A stretch of DNA of 64,000 nucleotides from the human T2T-CHM13v2.0 reference genome, Homo sapiens: NCBI RefSeq assembly GCF_009914755.1, contig NC_060928.1; one strand, written 5' to 3'. Made by a program: the position numbers and the translations under genes. Shown here in pieces: positions 1 to 19,290 of the stretch. Each line of letters starts with the position of its first letter. The first letter of the stretch is position 1. The notes under the pieces were generated by a model. It did not search any database, was not told the DNA's origin, and saw only the letters and a program-made list of their open reading frames with translations.

Positions 1-844
1 TAGACACTTGAAAGGATAGAGGGAGAGGAGAGGAAAATACACATTTTTTTTTGAATGGACAAAATGCACAGGATATGCTTTAGAAATCGGCTAATTATCT
101 CATAGCCCAGTAATAATACAAGCAAGAGCCTTCCACATACTATGTGAGGGATTACAGCTGGACTGTTCATCCTTTTGCTAACTTAGGCATCTCGGCACCA
201 TGTGAGCCATCAGGGTTGTTGACACCCAGGAAGCCGAGCTCCTGTGGCCCTCATCACTCATTTAAAAGCCCATCATAGTGAGGGCATGAGCAGAGGGAGG
301 GCAGAAAGAGACAATCATTTCTTTTTCTTTTTAAGATGCATATTGCAGCTGGAAATGCCAAAACTGAGAACCAAGAATTGTTATCATTTGTAAAGAAATG
401 AGTCAGAAAAAGTCATAATTCAATTAATATTTCATCTGTAGTTGTCTATTTTCCTAAACCAGTTATCTTGCTTAATATCACTCAGCTGCTTTGTTCTCAG
501 TGAAAAACAGGATGCAGAGACAAGAGGAAGCCCCAGGGAAGTACTTCTCCTGGAGGCGGAAGTTTGGTCAGAAGCTTCCTCCTTTAGGAGTCTAAGCAGG
601 GATGTGGAGAGAAGATGGGGAAAATATTTGCCCTCTACGAACAGAAGAAGAAAATTTGAAGTATCTAGGTTACTTTTGGTGATCTGGTAGATTGAAACAT
701 CAGTTCGGTGAACTGATGTGCTGGAGTAATACATTGCCTTGAGAAACCCCAAAAGTTAGGAGGATGCTGACTCCTTTGCAAACAATGTAGGGTAATGTCA
801 CTCACACTGCCACACCTATTATAGGATACGCTTTTTATAATATT

Positions 845-952
845 GTTCTTTAATTGATGTATAACAATGGTACATATTTATGGAGTACACACTGATGTTT
901 CAATACATAAAGTGATCAGACCAGGGTAGTTAGCATATCCATCATCTCAAAT
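845..952 (-). mobile_element. L1MA-type 3' end fragment
   Basis: TAATTGATGTATAACAATGGTACATATTTATGGAGTACA...GCATATCCATCATCTCAAA resembles the reverse complement of an L1MA 3' UTR. Confidence 0.6.
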
Positions 953-1795
953 AGAATATCTTTTAATTTCAGACATTTCATAATGATAGAGCAATGAATT
1001 TTAGAATTTATGTTTTCATACTCTATCCCTTGGGGAAGTGATAGCAAAATTATTTAAAAAAGAGAACATAAATCACTGTTTTTATACTAATAAAATTAGC
1101 TAGAACCTCTCATATATGACATGATTGAACCAATTTAACATTGCAGAGTGATAATTCTAGGTCAAAATTTCCAGCCGTCTCTTGTTCATCTCTACCTTCA
1201 AGGCCAGGCACAAAAATACTTAATACATCTAGAATCAAACTAGCTTCTTTCTGAAGACTTCTTTTCATTTTGAAGGTTCTATACCTCAATTAAAATTAGT
1301 CTCTCTGCCCTCTCTTACATACACAGACACACACTCAAACTCATGCACACACCCTAAGGAAGATTAAAGATACAGTTTCAACAGGCTGGCAGTAGAATTC
1401 ATCTTAAGAATCAAACTTCTCTGTTCAGGTCAATGTATGGGGAGAAGATAAAGTTCCAAGGGCATGATTCACAAGGAGATTATGAAACAGTAAAGGAACC
1501 AAGCTTTTTTCCCTAAGAAGAGGAAGGAATGTGGGAATTTGGAAATGGTGTCCATCAGAGCAAAAAGGAAAGTGAAGGAAGCCAAGGAACATAGCAAAAG
1601 GCTGGAACCTTTGGAGAAAGTTGAAGAGTGAGAAATGTCTAGCAGTGTGGATGGTGACTACTAAGAATAGGGATGTGTTATAAGTAAAATCATGTTTCTT
1701 ATACAAATATAAAATGAGCACATATGAAAGATTGTATTTAACTTCTTCATGAAACCAGTAAGACGTAAAAACCAGTTCAAAGCAAAATTTGAGGA

Positions 1796-1796
1796 A

Positions 1797-1838
<42 letters not shown>
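1796..1838. repeat. (CA)n microsatellite
   Basis: Direct reading; source of the spurious VCVCVC ORF. Confidence 0.95.
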
Positions 1839-1840
<2 letters not shown>

Positions 1841-2622
1841 ATGAGGAATGCAGAAATCATTTTGCTAAGATGCAAAACTGGTAAATATCCTATAGGACAA
1901 TAATATATATGCAAAATATTATAATGTTTGGCATCTCTTCTGCATGATGAAATTAATTATATTTCTACTAGTCAACATTTAAATGTTTCTTTGAACAAGA
2001 ATTATTTGCATTACTCTGTTTCTACATCTTAATTACTACTCCCTCTCACAGACTCCTAAAATAGCCTAGTCAATAGAAAGACAATCCGAGATCCACACCT
2101 CTAAGGATTCAGACAATTCCTGGAGACTGCTCCTAGATGCCTAGAATTGCACTGAGAGGACACTCCGTAATTGGTTTTGCCCGTTTCCAAATCTTTTGTC
2201 ATTTTTCCTAACAGATAATAATATTCAATTTGAAGGATATTTTGAGATATAATTCTCTATCTTTCCAAATAGTGAAGTTTGGCACACACCTGTATGTCCA
2301 GTGCAGGCTATCTTTGGGAGGATGGTGTTCAGAAATACGAAGGAAATGAGCTGACTTTGAAGCCTAGATTAGTGTGGAGCAAGTAGAACAAGATAATTGC
2401 TGGGAATAATGTGTGAATGAGGTTTAGAACTCTGCAGAAGGAACTCAGCACTAGAGATGACCGGCAGGTTGGAAAGCACTGAAAATTAACAGAAATCTTA
2501 GGGAGGCCTTTGCATTTTCTCCAAGATAAGGGATACTGGGCTAAATAGGATGACATTAATTCATATGTTAATATTAAATCATAGAAAAAGATAATGGGAT
2601 TTCTACTTTAAAGTGCATATAG

Positions 2623-3693
<1,071 letters not shown>

Positions 3694-3756
3694 TATGATG
3701 TTAGCTGGTTATTTTGCTCGTTAGTTGATGCAGTTTCTTTCTAGTCTCGATGGTCT

Positions 3757-4773
3757 TTACAATTTGGCATGTTTTTGCAGTGGCTAGTACTGGTTGTTCC
3801 TTTCCATGTTTAGTGCTTCCTTCAGGAGCTCTTGTAGGGCAGGCCTGGTGGTGACAAAATCTCTCAGCATTTGCTTGTCTGTAAAGGATTTTATTTCTCC
3901 TTCATTTATGAAGCTTAATTTGGCTGGATAAGAAATTCTGGGTTGAAAATTCTTTTCTTTAAGAATGTTGAATATTGGCCCCCACTCTCTTCTGGCTTGT
4001 AGAGTTTCTGCTGAGAGATCAGCCGTTAGTCTGATGGGCTTCCCTTTGTGGGTAACCCGACCTTTCTCTCTGGCTGCCCTTAACATATTTTCCTTCATTT
4101 CAACTTTGGTGAATCTGACAATTATGTGTCTTGGAGTTACTCTTCTCGACGAGTATCTTTGTGGTGTTCTCTGTATTTCCTGAATTTGAATGTTGGCCTG
4201 CCTTGCTAGGTTGGGGAAGTTCCCTTGTATAATATCCTGCAGAGTGTTCTCCAACTTGGTTCCATTCTCCCCGTCACTTTGAGGTACACCAGTCAGACAT
4301 AGATTTGGTCTTTTCACATACTCCTATATTTCTTGGAGGCTTTGTTCGTTTCTTTTTATTCTTTTTTCTCTAAACTTCTCTTCTCACTTCATTTCATTCA
4401 TTTGATCTTCCATCACTGATAACCCTTTCTTCCAGTTGATCGAATCGGCTACTGAGGCTTGTGCATTCATCATGTAGTTCTCATGCCATGGTTTTCAGCT
4501 CCACCATGTCATTTAAGGACTTCTCTACATTGGTTATTCCAGTTAGTCATTCGTCTAATCTTTTTCAAGGTTTTTAACTCCTTTGCAATGGGTTCAAACT
4601 TCCTCCTTTAGCTCGGAGAAGTTTGATCATCTGAAGCCTTCTTCTCTCAACTCGTGAAAGTCATTCTCCATCCAGCTTTGTTCCGTTGCTGGTGAGGAGC
4701 TGCATTCCTTTGGAGGAGGAGAGGTGCTCTGATTTTTAGAATTTTCAGTTTTTCTGCTCTGTTTTCTCCCCAT
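3757..4773 (-). pseudogene. ORF1: L1 ORF1 (disrupted)
   Basis: ATG at 4773; translation ...RHIIVRFTKVEMKE..YPAKLSF..DFVTTRPALQELLKEAL; premature TAG at 3784-3786 and a probable frameshift near 4560. Confidence 0.93.
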
Positions 4774-8328
<3,555 letters not shown>

Positions 8329-8575
8329 ACAATGAGAACACTTGGACACAGGAAGGGGAACATCATACACCAGGGCCTGTTGTGGGGTGGGGGGAGTGGG
8401 GAGGGATAGCATTAGGAGATATACTTAATGTAAATGATGAGATAATGGGTGCAGTACACCAACATGGCACACGTATACATATGTAACAAAACTGCACATT
8501 GTGCACATGTACCCTAGAACTTAAGATATAATAAAAAATATATATTAGATATAAAAAAATAAAATGTATATAGTG

Positions 8576-8750
8576 GTTCTTTCTGGATATGGGATTATGG
8601 GTGATTTTGATCTTATTAAACATATTTCTTAAGTACCCTTTTTCATAACTTTAAATATTTTGAATAATTTTTCTATAATTATTGTCTGAAGCTTTTACAA
8701 TACCATGACTTATTTTTATAATCTGTACAAACAACAAAGCTTTTTAAATG
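8576..8750 (+). mobile_element. Old L1ME-type 3' end, split by the L1PA insertion (other half at about 2570-2610)
   Basis: CATAGAAAAAG...|GTGGTTCTTTCTGGATATGGGATTATGGGTGATTTT resembles an L1ME3/4 3' UTR. Confidence 0.5.
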
Positions 8751-9374
8751 AAAAAAGTCCCTGAAATTTTAAGTTTTTGAAGCTGCATCAGAATGTCCCT
8801 GCACCAAAGTAGCTGAGCCAAAGTGAAAGCTTCAAGCTGGCTTTGTCAAATGACATGTCCTCTTCTTTGTATTGTGAAGGAGACTGTCAAATCTGGATTT
8901 ACTATACCTGAGTTAGATAGGACTTGAACCTCAGGTCTTAGAGACCAAGCCTCAGCTCTTACAGAAGGAAGATCTAATTGTACCTCAAACTAACTTGCTG
9001 TTCTTATTTTATACAATGATTTTTTTTTTGGTTAAAATTATTTTAAAACAGTATAACATTATACTGTTACTTTTTCTCTTATTTTGTAATCCTTAAAGTG
9101 GAAAAATCCATCCCGATCATCTGAGACAAAGCTAAATTGCTTGAACAGGGATTTGCCAAGACCAAGGACCTTCTTCAGTCTTATCTCTTACCCTTCACCC
9201 TCAACCACCCCAACCCCACCCTTCTACTCTGAGTTCCAGTTATGCAGATTGACTTTCAGCAATTTGAGCACACTTCAAGGCTTGCTCTCACAGAACTTCT
9301 CCATCACTTTCTCTAGGCCCCTTTATCCTATCCTCATTTTCTTCATAGCATTAATATACAATATCAGAGTAAGA

Positions 9375-9715
9375 AACCTGATATATATAAACATATATAT
9401 TTATATGGCTATATAAATTTATATATGGCTATATAAATATATATGGCTATATAAATATATACATATATATATTTTATATTGATATATATAATATATATCT
9501 TATATGGATATATATCCACATAAAATCCATATAAATCCATATATATCCATATAAAAATATACATAATATGGATATTTAAAATATATATAATATAGAAAAA
9601 CAATATATATTAATTATAAGTAATATTTTAATATTAATAACCAATAAACATTACTGATGTATAAATAATATATATTATATACTATATAAAAATATATACT
9701 ATATCTATTATTATC
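9375..9715. repeat. AT-rich low-complexity / (TA)n region with short internal tandem units
   Basis: Direct reading; ATATGGCTATATAAAT x3, ATCCATATA repeats. Confidence 0.9.
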
Positions 9716-9764
9716 TGATTTTTTTGCCCCATCCTTATCCTTATCCCAGTATATTGCAGTTGTG

Positions 9765-9885
9765 TGTGTATCTATTTATATCTACTTTCCATGAAGGCAG
9801 ATGATCATGTCCACCCGGTACACCACAGTGTCTCCACTGCTAAACAGCAGCTGGCACATAGCAGAGATCAACACATATTTTTTGT
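9765..9885 (+). mobile_element. L2 3' end fragment
   Basis: TCCATGAAGGCAG...CTGGCACATAGCAGAGATCAACACATATTT is typical of an L2 terminus. Confidence 0.55.
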
Positions 9886-10052
9886 TTTCACTAATTACTT
9901 GCCATTCTTCTAACATCAAATGTATTTTCAACCTTCTAAGCTTTTGATAATACTAGTTTTTAGATTCAAAATACTGTTTTTTCACTTTAATTTGACATAC
10001 CTACTTTTTGACTAAGCCAATTTTTCCCACGTATGTTGAAGAAGTACCTTTG

Positions 10053-10500
10053 CCCATGGTTCTCAAACTGCAACCAGGCACCGCGGAATACCACACACGG
10101 TTCACAGGGGGCGCTGCAGGGTATTCTAGAGTTTTGAGGGACATGCGGCAACTTCAGTGGATATCATGTGAACTGCTACTTGTGGCGGTTCACGGTTTCA
10201 CACTAGATTGTACTACATTCCTTTCAGTGATGTTGTATGTTTGTGAAGCTGGGATTTAGTGACTGCTGTGAGAAAAAGCAAGGGCCGTATGAAAATGGAT
10301 GTGGGACAGAAAATGAGGGTGTCAGTATCCTTGTTAATTCCAAACATTGAGAAGGGACACAGTACCCACCAGGCACACATCTGTCACTAATGCTAGCTGA
10401 GATTGAAATAAAAATACTGTTTTTATCTTTTAAAATATGTGTATTATTTTTAAACAGCTACTAAGCTGTTGGGACATACAAACTTAATAAGTTGATTAGT
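10053..10500 (+). mobile_element. hAT-Charlie MITE (MER119-like)
   Basis: Starts with a Charlie-type TIR (C..TGGTTCTCAAACTG); contains a hAT dimerisation-domain remnant, YVCEAG.. (TATGTTTGTGAAGCTGGG). Confidence 0.7.
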
Positions 10501-12469
10501 ATTCCAATTTCAATCATTTAGGTCAAAATTCACAGAATTGAATTCATTTGATTATGCCTCTATTGTTTCAAATTGTCAAACATTTATGGGGTTATCAGTT
10601 TTTTAGTCGATCGTGGTCCATTTTTAGTACCACATTGATGAGGTCTTTTCCTTTGTACCCTCTTCCCTTCCTCCCCTAAGCCCCAGCTCTATCCCCTGCT
10701 TCTCCTCATCTCTCTTTGGTCTGCGTGAGTTTCCTTTTATACCGATTAGCACGATTCTAAAAGATCTGCTGATTCTGACTCATTTCCCTATTAACTAGTG
10801 AAGGGCATGATCTAGCTGCATTTTCCCATGTGTTGATCAGAGCTGAAAGCCCTATTAAATGAAGGGAAGTGTACATTTATCACCCTCCCCCGGTATGCTC
10901 TATCCTTTTGTTTGTCTTATGCCTAAGGAATATCAGTTATCATTGACTACTTTATTTTGGTACAAAATGAAGAACAGGCTCTCAAATAATTAGCTTGTTA
11001 TGAGCAATGATCAGAAACTTTAGTTCTTGCTTCACAGCAATTATTTCATTAAACTTCATCATCAGACTGCAATCATCCTTTTAGCATCAGATTCCAATAA
11101 AGGTAACAGTCACCACGTGTTTTCTCTTTTCTACCTTCAAAGTGACTCTTAATTAGGGCAAAGGAAACACTTCTCGGCATACCCGCCACCCACTGCCTTT
11201 TGCTGCACTTCTGTTCACTCCCACTTGGATCGCTTTGCTTCTTCCATACCTCCCAAGTCTAGAGTGGACTCTTCAACCTCCTCAGTCTATGCCTGGACCC
11301 ACTGCGTCCCTTCAACAGAGCACACCTTTACCATCTAGTCCTCAGTGTGTCTGTCCTATGCCTAACCGCACCCCATCCCACTCACACATACCACCCTCTC
11401 TTTGGCCACTCTGTCTACTACCACTTTCTCTAGTTCTCTTAGCAAGAGAGACTGAAGGAATAGGATGTGATGCATATCAACAGGCTTTTCACAAGACACG
11501 AATGTGTCCATCTATCCATGTACAGAGGAATCAAGAGGTGCACATGGGATTTTGTGGGAGAGAATCCAGGAGAGATAGAGCAATGATTCTGAGAAGCTAT
11601 AGTTCTAGCACTATTCTAACTTGGGATTGGACAGAAAGAAGTGATAATGATATATTTTCAAATAAAAAGTGACCTTTAGTTTTCAATAATGGAATCTTTT
11701 GGCTAGCTTTCAATTATTTATTATTCTCACAAAGTTTTGCTGTTTTTATTTTATGTTTTTGGCAGCCAGGCATTTGCTTCCTTGGCACATCTGGTCAGCA
11801 ACTTGCAATGACTGTATTGTCTTTCCTCATTGAGAATATTAATGAAAATAATTAGAACGATTAAGGAAGTGTTGCCCTTTTAGACAAGTTAGATAATGGG
11901 TTTCAAAAGTTTTTCAAATTAAGTAATGCTCATTTAGCTTGCTGAGTATTCCACTTAATGGCTAAGACACAAAATGAATGAGCATCATATGTATTTGTTA
12001 TCATTTTGTTTTAACAAAAGATTTGAGATGTACAATCAGATAAATGGCCCCAAATGTTTATGTGGCTATGTTTTTGTGTTTTTTGTGGCATACAGCTATA
12101 CAACAACATTGGCTTTCCTTCTCTTATTTTTACCCATAGCACTTGTCTTAATCTATGATCAGTAACAAAGAGACCTTATTTCAACAGGCCTGGGATTCGT
12201 GTCTTTTGATTGTCCACCAGCAGAAACACAAGTGATTCGTATATGTTGAAGAGACACTGATGTGTTATTGGAGTTTTCTCCTCCCCCTCTTAACCTTTTC
12301 TGATCTGTCCCTTTTGCTTATTTGCATCTTGCTCTCTAGTAATATTTGTTAACGCTATTCCTGTGGTCTATATATGATAAGTGTTAGCTTATTAAGATTC
12401 GTGGTTTGCTTTCTGGTTACTTTCTTTTTTTTTAATTTCAAAATAATTATTGACTCAATGATCTCCAGA

Positions 12470-12715
12470 TTTCTTAGCTTCCTTCTTCCCTTTCTTTCCC
12501 TCTCTAGCTTGCTTCATCCCTTTCTTCTTGTCACTCTTGTCATTTTTCTGTCTTCTCTTTCTCCTTTCTTCCTTTCTCTCTCCCTGCCTTCCCATCTTCC
12601 TTTTTCCTCTTCTTTTCTTTCTCCCTTCTTTCTTCTTTCTGTCTTTCCTTGCTCCTCCTTCCCTCCCTCCCTTCCTTCCTACTTTCCTTCCTTCCCTCTC
12701 TCTTTTGTCTTGTCC
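12470..12715. repeat. CT-rich polypyrimidine low-complexity tract
   Basis: Direct reading (CTTC/CTTT/CCCT units). Confidence 0.9.
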
Positions 12716-13513
12716 CTTGCTTATCATTCTCTGATATCATTGCTTTATAGTCATCATGCACTTAAAAGAAATGCTAAGTCCTGTGTGACTAACGACTCAA
12801 TTTCTTCTAATTGCTAGCCCTTCAATTCTAGTATGGAGATACTAGTAAGACCTTTTTAACTAGGGAATTCAGAGACATTTTAGGCAATCTACACCAGAAT
12901 ACAAATTCATTCTTATGCCGATCCAGAAGTTTAGAAGTAATGATTGCATATATGGTGTACCACATAGCTTTCATGTCAAACAGCTAAGAGGATAAACACC
13001 AACATTGCCATGGGAAATTTTATAATAGATTTTCATATATTCTGTTTGGGTTTTATTATTGTTTAATAGTTTGTATAACTATGTGAACATGTTTTTAGAC
13101 CAAGATTTTTCTAGTTTTGTCTCATGAATAAATATCAGGTACATTTCCCTAACATTGAACACTGACAGAAAATATGAGTATAATTTGTTCCTGAGCTGCT
13201 ACTAATGTGAAATTCCTATCATAAGAGAGACTGTATTAGTATTATATTTTTGGCAAAAGAGTAAGCCTTTTAGAAATCGAAAGGGTGTGGAAATTGACAG
13301 CAGCTGACAGATACGGTTTGTGTAATAGAAATTTTTAGTAATAGGTTTTGTGTGGCAGTTCTTCACAACAAAGGGACAGTGTAAGTCTAACTTCTTTTTA
13401 ATTCAAATGTCAGTTGTTAAGAAATGGTTGTGATATAAAGGTAAAAGTAATACCAGGTTATTATTTATACTTTGAAATTCAGCTTTAGTTATTTATTCAT
13501 TTATCTTTTTTAG

Positions 13514-13819
<306 letters not shown>

Positions 13820-14695
13820 TAGACTGCATTTTCTTAAGAATATTCCAAACGTTTCCATTGCTCCTGAACACATATATTAAGGCAAGAATCATATATTAGG
13901 AACTAATTAAGAGGGAAATGTTTTAAAAGATCTAGTGAGGGACACTGTACTGAGAGTGAAAATCCGTAAGTCAAAGTTCTGGGCTTCTTACTTTTGTGTA
14001 TTTGGCAGAGTTTGATTAAGCTGTGTTTATGGGAAACAGGAGAGGCCAAACAGGAGAGGTAAAGTGGGAACATGGGTGTTTACTTATGTAAGTTTGGGCT
14101 ACATTAACATCGTGTTACCTTGTAGTTGACCAACAGCTCAACAAAACACCCTCAGTTATGTTCTGCCTGCTTATAAGGCTTTTGATTTTAGCTTTTCCCT
14201 TCCTAATCCAGAATCCATTTCCATAGAAACACAAGTAAGAAGAGCATCATGAGAGCAATTTGTCTGCTTCTGCTTCCATTTAAATGGAAATGGAATTTAC
14301 AGCAGAAAAAAACAGAGAGAGAGCTTTAATAAGTAATATTTTCAAATGCACCCTTTAAATTTAACCCTCTCAACTTATAAAGTAGCTAAAAAATTGAACT
14401 ATAACAAGGCAATTTTATACCTGGGCAAGTCATAAGGCTTGCACTTAAGCTAACAGGCTCCTGACCTTGAAATGCATTCTGGTGTCAGCTACTGTTCCAA
14501 ACCTCTGTACCTTTTGTATCCTGAGGCATGTTCCATCTCTTCCTAGAGAGACCACCAAGGTGGGTGCGCGAGTGGTTACTATGGGTGAAGTAACTTTGGA
14601 TTCTGCAGTACCTTTTTGTCTATTTCCACATCAATAGAATGTTTCCACTTTTTATGCCTTAAGCATATTCTGCTGCTGTATATTTGAAATATTAG

Positions 14696-15056
<361 letters not shown>

Positions 15057-15547
15057 CATTTTGCCTTTTGAAGAAAAAAATGTCTTGCTCAGTGCTGAAT
15101 AAACAAAATGTTTGTTGCTGGTCAATAAAGGAAACAAAATTGATTGGCAATATGAACAACATATGGCATATATGAACTGTTAAAAGTCACTTAGTTCATT
15201 TCTCATTTTAAAAAGATACTTTGCTAAGCATTTTGAGGTTATTTTCCAAGTTTTTATTTCAAGAGTATTTTTTGAATATTTTAAGTTACACAATTAAAAA
15301 AAAACAACCTAATTTCTAGAGAAGTTAAACAAAACCCAATATTAAACACGACAGATTGTAGTTCTTTTTACTTTAGTTGGATGAGTTAAATAGATTTCTG
15401 ACTACAGTCACTGGAAGTGTTAGGGTTTCTAAGAAGCCAGAATCATCTTTATGGATGATATGGGAGGGGAGTGCGAGGAGGGAGAGATGACAGAGTTTTG
15501 GGGGAAAAGAATGATGGCTTTCTAATGTAATGGAGAAATCCATTTGA

Positions 15548-15882
<335 letters not shown>

Positions 15883-16799
15883 AAAATATATTTTTTTAAA
15901 GGCAAAGTGAAACATAAAAGATTCTGTCTCCTTCCCTCCACAGTACTCACTACTTGATCTCCAAGGGAGAGAGAAAAAAGCATTTTGTACAGGAAACGTC
16001 ACCAGGAATTTTACAGGCCACACAGGGAAGGAAAACTGCCTTGCCTTGAATCCAACACAGCAGGGACCTGGGCACTGACTGGAATAGAGAACTGAGTTCA
16101 ATGAAAGGTTTGTGATTTAAAAGTCCCTACCTTGTGTAAGTATAGCCTGAGACTGAGTAGTCTTTGAAATTTTATTTTTTTGTCCTAAAAAAAAGTCTGG
16201 GTCTGATCCTAGACACCTCACAAGTAGATCAGTAAAGGACAAAGAATATAAGAAAAGTCCCAGACAAGAAAAGAATGACATTCCTCTTAGCTAATTACAT
16301 TTTATGAATACCCTAGAAATTAAAATTATTATTTAATATAAGGCTGTACTACATTTGAAGCTGTGTTTTATTTATAGTTTGCTACATTCATTTATGCTTA
16401 AGTTAGCCTTAGCATTTTTACTTCAGGGGAACATGGCCCAATTTAAGTAATAATTGCTCATAGTTTGTTACAAGTTCTACCAACAAATTCTTCCTAAAAT
16501 TTTTTTCAGTATTTACTTATTCCCCGTGGAAAGGTACACAATAAAGGCAGGGTCCTGCACTGCTCATGGCTCTGTCCTAGAGCCTATAGCAGTGCCTGAC
16601 ACAGAACAAGTACTTCCTGTTTGTGCAATGAATGAAGAAAGCACAGGGATGCTTTTCGGTATTGTTAGGGAGAATCTCAAACCGGGAAACTCTAACTGAT
16701 ATTTTTGGGTGACATGCTCATGTCCTCAGTGTGCATAATGGACAAGCACTAATGTGCCATCTGCACGAAACTTATCCAGGTTTAGCTTTGTTGCACCTA

Positions 16800-17000
16800 G
16801 ATGGTGCCAGGTTGCAAAGAACATGAGCTTCAGGGTCACACAGACCTGAGACTGCTGTGTGCACACTGCTCACTAATTGGGTGACTTTGGTAAAATTACT
16901 TCATCTTGCTGGGCCACATGTTTCTAATTTGAAAACAGAGAATCAACCTCAGTGGCTTGTGGTAAGGATTACATGGCACGGAACAGTGCCTGGCCCAGGT
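16800..17000 (+). mobile_element. MIR
   Basis: GCAAAGAACATGAGCTTCAGGGTCACACAGACCTG...GTGACTTTGGTAAAATTACTTCATCT...GTGGTAAGGATTACATG. Confidence 0.6.
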
Positions 17001-17121
17001 AATGAGATGATATTCAAACACAGAGTAGGTAGATCCCCAAAATGGCTCAATTATCTTCATCTTCTCTTTGCCACTGAGGGCTTTATGAGGTTTTAGAGCC
17101 CTGTGATAGTACTAGATCTGA

Positions 17122-17260
17122 TTTTTTTCTTTTTTTTTTTAGACAGAGTCTCACTCTGTCATCAAGGCTAGAGTGCAGTGGCACAATTATGGCTCAATGA
17201 AGCCTCAACCACCCGGGTTCAAGTGATTCTCCCACCTCAGCCTCCCAAGCAGCTGGGACT
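17122..17260 (-). mobile_element. Old Alu monomer / AluJ-FLAM fragment
   Basis: AGACAGAGTCTCACTCTGTC...CTCAGCCTCCCAAGCAGCTGGGACT with poly-T. Confidence 0.85.
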
Positions 17261-17870
17261 GGATTTTTAAAAATCCCACATAGAGTGACAAAATCCAAAA
17301 TAGTGATGTGCTCTAGATTTTTTTTTTTTTTAATTCAATCCTGAAATGGGCTTGGGCTTCAGTACTGAAGAATTTAGGTTGTGTTGGTTTCCATTGTCAT
17401 CATTTACCCTGGGGCTGCTTCATTATGAAATGATTCAATAACCTGTTTTCATTTTTCCTACCCCACATTACCTCTAAGACTCCTGGCAGACGCTTTGTCT
17501 GACCTGGTTTATTTCCTCCCCAAACCCATGGTTTTCATCTGTGTCCACTTCCACACCTGCTCAGGCCACTTCTCTGTCAGTACTGCACTTCCCTGTCTTC
17601 TCCACATGGCCCATGAGGCTTCCCAGCTGCTGTTTCACACTGATCTCTCTTGCCTCTGGCCTCCCATGCCCTTTCCCGCCTGCTGGCCACTATCCTCTGT
17701 TCCTTTGCATTGTTCTCCAATTATTTACCGAGTGCAGAGATCTTAGTTCTGAGGGTGCAAACATTTTGGGTACAAAGACCACGACTAGCATTTAGCACAG
17801 AGTCTAGCACATGGTAGGGACTTGACAGATTAATATCTGAATTGATTACTTTGTATGTATTGGGGATTTT

Positions 17871-18162
<292 letters not shown>

Positions 18163-18784
18163 TGTATTGGGGATTTTCCTCCCACACTATCAAGAACTGT
18201 TCAGGTAATCTAGCAGGTATTTAGTGGGCTGAAGAGCATACAAGAACCTCAGCCTGGGTGGCCCAATTTATACCAGTTTGCTGGAGCAAGTAACATATTT
18301 GTGACTTCCCAGACAAATAAATACCCCATTTTCCATTATACTGAAATTGTATTGCAATGTGATTTTCCTCTACAACTTTCAGAAGATTTAGGAGCTCCTT
18401 ATTTCAGCAAGTAGATGAATTGCTCTGCTTCCCAAGAGAGCTGCGGCCTCCAGGAGCAGCCATTTTTCTTCCAAAGCATTTCTCTGCCTTTGTTCATTGT
18501 GAGATTAAAAGAATATATTGAAAAGATTATTTTTTATTAACACTCTATGGTGTCTCTGATGAGGCTACCACATATAGTTTGAAGAATGACGATGGAAACT
18601 GTGAAATGATGGGCCATTAGAGCAGGGTCCTTTTTGCAGAAAAGGCAGCGTGAGGATTTGATGGTGTGAGACAGCATCCCATTCCTGTGTCCACTACTTG
18701 CTCAACCCCAAAACAGGTGCCACGAAGGAACAGAGGCAGCCACCCAGACAGATGAAAGGCACCATCTTCCAAAGAAACATTTCT

Positions 18785-19290
18785 TTTCCCTTTTCTGAAA
18801 AAAAATTGATACAAAATTTTTACGTACCTATAGAGTACATGTGAATATTTGCTGCATGCATAGAATATGTAATGATCAAGTCGGGGTGTTTGGGGTACCC
18901 ATCGCCTTGAGTATTTATCATTTCTATGCATTGAGAACATCTCCAGTCCTCTCTTCTAGCTGTTTTGAAATATACAATACATTGTTGCTAACTATTGTCA
19001 CCCTAGTCTGTTATGCAACATTGGAGCATATTTCTTCTATCTAACAGTATGTGTGTACCCACTAACCAACCCTTCTATATCCCCCAACATGTCCTTCCCA
19101 CCTTCTGGTATCCATCATTTTTGTTTCCGTCTCTATGAGATCAACTTACTATTTGGCTATAAAAAAGAATGAAATCATGTCATTTGCAGCAACATGGATG
19201 GAACTGGAAGATCATGATGTTAAGTGAAAGAAGCCAGGCTCAGAAAGACAGATACCTCATGTTCTTATTCACATGTGAGAGATAAAAAAG
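18785..19290 (-). mobile_element. L1MA (about L1MA4) 3' fragment with 5' inversion
   Basis: Minus-strand 3'UTR 18785-19146 plus plus-strand ORF2-end piece 19147-19290; TSD AAAGAAACATTTCT at 18771-18784 / 19287-19300. Confidence 0.85.

Noticed and set aside
11235-11672. 145-aa ORF
   Set aside because: Non-ATG start, P/S/L-rich composition from pyrimidine-rich DNA, no recognisable homology
12374-12817. 147-aa hydrophobic ORF and K/R/E-rich antisense ORFs
   Set aside because: Translations of a CT-rich low-complexity tract
14274-14289. 16-bp palindrome TTCCATTTAAATGGAA
   Set aside because: An AT-rich palindrome of this length is expected about once or twice by chance in 64 kb; its spacing does not fit a CArG box
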